Origin: an uncultured Rivularia sp.
Lineage (GTDB): Bacteria > Cyanobacteriota > Cyanobacteriia > Cyanobacteriales > Nostocaceae
Direction: 5' to 3'
DNA: 32,000 bases
Assembly (NCBI GenBank): GCA_963665115.1
Contig: OY762007.1
Coordinates: 4,132,341-4,164,340, forward strand
This document shows, piece by piece, positions 29,916 to 32,000 of the stretch (positions within the stretch are counted from its first letter, which is position 1; each line of letters starts with the position of its first letter). The notes below the pieces were generated by a model. That model was not told where the DNA came from, ran no database searches, and saw only the letters and a program-made list of their open reading frames with translations. The translations under genes and the position numbers were made by a program.

Positions 29916-30690
29916 CTACGCAACAATCCATAGATGTTCGTGGGTATCCGGCCATATTTGAATTTGCGGACGAGCTTCTAGCGCCGTACTAATTAATTGA
30001 CTGGCAATATCGGCGTGAATAGAAACTCCACTGACTCTATCGCGATAATGAGTATAAAAATAGTCATCTAAACTTGCCGCTGTAGGGTCCAATTAAAACA
30101 ATGCGATCGCGAATAAATTCAGGTGACATTTTCCCTGTTAATACCTGATTCATTGAGATTGTAGGGAAACCAGAGCGGAGGTTGCGAAAGTTAGCTAATA
30201 CTTGATAACCACCTATATCATTTCGCAGATAGCCGCCATCCGAAGCATCTAATTCAATTAGAAAACCTTTACCGAGTTTGAGCGATAAAACTTCTTCTCC
30301 AACAAATTCTGGATAAATGCCTTTGCTTTCAAGATAGTTTAAAGCTAACTGCGTTCCCAAACCCAAGATAATGTCGCCGTTTTTATCTTCAATAGATAAT
30401 AGATTACGTCTGACTCTACCATCTTGGTCTACAACTATATCAGAAGCACTTACCTGTCCTAATTCTTTTAATTTTAGTGGTGGATTAACGAAATTAGAAG
30501 CACTACCCGTCATCTTCTAAATTCCGAATAAACTTAGTGTGGATGCAAAAACCTGTACTAGCTGCTTAAATGCTGGCTCTACAGGTAAATCGCGATAAAT
30601 ATCAAGTCCAATAACTGATGGTTGGTGTTGTTTTACGATTGATAATAATCTCATCTTCCCAAAAAATATATCCTTGTATGGTCTACACCT
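29916..30690 (-). pseudogene. CHASE2 sensor-domain gene remnant (in-frame stop, frameshift, both ends truncated)
   Basis: The minus strand encodes ..SVIGLDIYRDLPVEPAFKQLVQVFASTLSLFGI*KMTGSASNFVNPPLKLKELGQVSASDIVVDQDGRVRRNLLS...IRDRIVLIGP. After a frame change near 30070 it continues TAASLDDYFYTHYRDRVSGVSIHADIASQLISTALEARPQIQIW...*. There is no TM region or output domain, and it abuts the right junction. Confidence 0.6.
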
Positions 30691-30695
30691 CTAGA

Positions 30696-30801
30696 AATGG
30701 ATGAGTTAGAAGCACTTCTCGTTGAGTTCGGTATCTTGGATGATGATACCAAGAACGCAGACGTAATTGGTAAAAAAGCTGAAGAAGTTCCTGCTACCTA
30801 G
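30696..30801 (+). CDS. nifH: nifH segment 4 of 4 (completes codon 263, through the stop)
   Basis: Encodes (E)[34 protein letters not shown], the canonical NifH C-terminus. Confidence 0.92.
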
Positions 30802-30823
30802 TAGTAAGTGATGTCTTAGCGAC

Positions 30824-30873
30824 AAAGGGTAAAGCTAAAGGTACAACTAAACGTTATACCTTTTACCCTTTAC
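30824..30873 (+). other. Imperfect stem-loop in the nifH-nifD spacer
   Basis: AAAGGGTAAAGCTAAAGGTA pairs with TACCTTTTACCCTTT, leaving a small bulge. Confidence 0.45.
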
Positions 30874-30952
30874 CTTCTACCAAATGCTTCAATCAACTCT
30901 TACTATTCCTCAAATCCCAAGTAGTTACCAGTAGTAAAAAAGGCAGAGAAAT

Positions 30953-31186
30953 ATGTCACCCGTAGATAAGAAGAACACCGTCGAAGAAAGAAAGCAGCTA
31001 GTTAACGAAGTTTTAGACGCTTATCCTGAGAAAGCTAAAAAAAGACGTGCTAAGCACCTCAACGTCCACGAAGAAGGTAAGAGTGATTGTGGCGTAAAGT
31101 CTAATGTCAAGTCTCTTCCTGGTGTAATGACCGCTCGTGGTTGTGCATATGCAGGTTCCAAGGGTGTGGTTTGGGGTCCGATTAAA
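30953..31186 (+). CDS. nifD: nifD 5' segment (codons 1 to 78), interrupted
   Basis: Encodes [78 protein letters not shown]. The canonical continuation DM.HISHGPVGCG is absent. The ORF runs into NMFYL* instead. Confidence 0.9.
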
Positions 31187-32000
31187 AATATGTTTTATCT
31201 TTAAAATAAAATACCCTAAACTGTTTGTAGAGAACAATTTTAAGCAAATTAAATGTTCTTTACAAGCAGTTATTTTTTAGGGCATATTTAGGATGAAAAA
31301 GGTGCATCAAGAAGATTTAGATGATTTATTTGAATATTTTGAAGTTCCGGCAAGCACCGATGGAAGCTACATGGGTACACAAGCTCAGGTGAAAGCAACG
31401 CAAGAATATATGGATAAAATAATTGAGGAGAAGCTTACAAATATAAATGCAAGACTCAAGGCGAGTCAAAGCAAGGTAAGTATTAAAAAAGTTGGAAACA
31501 CTCTACAGTTAAGAGCTACTCTTCCGTTAAAACCTGGCGATACTAATAAATCGGGGAGAACTAGAAAGCAATACTTTATCTCTTTAAGTATTCCAGCGAA
31601 TTTGAACGGATTAAAAACAGCTGAAGAAGAAGCTAATGAATTAGGCACGCTGATTGCAAGAAAATGCTTTGAATGGAATGACAAATATCTAGGTATAAAT
31701 ACAAATAAACAGGAGTATAAAACTTTTAAGCAAGTATTAGAAACTTTAGAAAATGAATATTTTAGTACTAGAAAAAGAACTATTAAGAGCGAGCATAGTT
31801 TTTGGCATTTGTATAAACGATATAAACAATATTTTGAATCAAATTTACCAGTTACCAGTGAAAATATCATTACAATTATTAGAAATATTGGTTCCCCGAC
31901 ATCTCGCGACCAAGCAATCAGAGTCGCTAGGGTATTTTCTCAAATTCATCAAATAGAAGTCAATTTCAAAAATTTAAAATTGCCTGTAGTCCCTAATGAT
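31187..32000. mobile_element. nifD interruption element, left end only (continues beyond the window)
   Basis: The NifD match is lost after codon 78, and a XisA-like recombinase gene starts 106 bp inside. The junction position is good to a few nt because the right end and the direct repeat are not in the window. Confidence 0.8.
31293..32000 (+). CDS. XisA/XisC-family tyrosine recombinase, N-terminal 236 codons (3' end outside the window)
   Basis: My own translation is open to the window end: MKKVHQEDLDDLFEYFEVPASTDGSYMGTQ...LQLRATLPLKPGDTNKSGRTRKQYFISLSIPANLNGLKTAEEEANELGTLIARKCFEWNDKYLG...RKRTIKSEHSF... This is clearly paralogous to ORF 5638..6540. It is missing from the ORF track because it has no stop codon inside the window. 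Confidence 0.85.
   Translation, partial: MKKVHQEDLDDLFEYFEVPASTDGSYMGTQAQVKATQEYMDKIIEEKLTNINARLKASQSKVSIKKVGNTLQLRATLPLKPGDTNKSGRTRKQYFISLSIPANLNGLKTAEEEANELGTLIARKCFEWNDKYLGINTNKQEYKTFKQVLETLENEYFSTRKRTIKSEHSFWHLYKRYKQYFESNLPVTSENIITIIRNIGSPTSRDQAIRVARVFSQIHQIEVNFKNLKLPVVPND

Noticed and set aside
31466-31956. Track ORFs 31466..31870- and 31753..31956+.
   Set aside because: Both overlap the XisA-like ORF that is open from 31293 to the window end and clearly homologous to 5638..6540. They are shadow frames.

Overview
The window comes from a heterocyst-forming cyanobacterium of Nostocales type. Supporting signs are the gene order nifB-fdxN-nifS-nifU-nifH-nifD, ten perfect HIP1 sites (GCGATCGC, e.g. 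2834, 3566, 9395, 11001, 19629, 21929, 23309, 27244, 27465, 30103) and STRR-like heptamer arrays in the nif intergenic regions. The first 4.4 kb is an ordinary nif operon, apart from an apparent 1-nt frameshift in nifS.

The main result is that nifH is split into four segments (4458..4825, 6662..6731, 8461..8810, 30696..30801) by three unrelated insertion elements:
- Element 1 is 1.84 kb. Its only gene is a frameshifted XisA/XisC-family tyrosine recombinase.
- Element 2 is 1.73 kb. Its only gene is a different tyrosine recombinase.
- Element 3 is 21.9 kb and starts with a XisF-like large serine recombinase.

Joining the four segments gives exactly 894 nt, a canonical 297-aa NifH. nifD (from 30953) is interrupted after codon 78 by a fourth element. 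That element's XisA-like recombinase (31293..window end) is a paralogue of the one in element 1.

The 21.9-kb element carries secretion-themed cargo:
- three tandem double-glycine-leader peptide genes (one frameshifted) followed by an HlyD-type adaptor;
- a C39-peptidase ABC exporter;
- a TpsA/filamentous-haemagglutinin-like protein;
- an RTX-tailed subtilisin;
- a 1922-aa Cys-free acidic protein with RTX, beta-helix and DUF4114 regions;
- remnants of DUF4114 genes, an IS4 transposase and a CHASE2 sensor.

Three promoter regions inside this element share 10-bp-phased tandem AAAGTTGATA repeats, which suggests a common regulator. At least five genes carry single-base indels at homopolymer runs, so assembly error versus real decay has to be resolved before any pseudogene call. 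I saw no rRNA, tRNA or CRISPR array.
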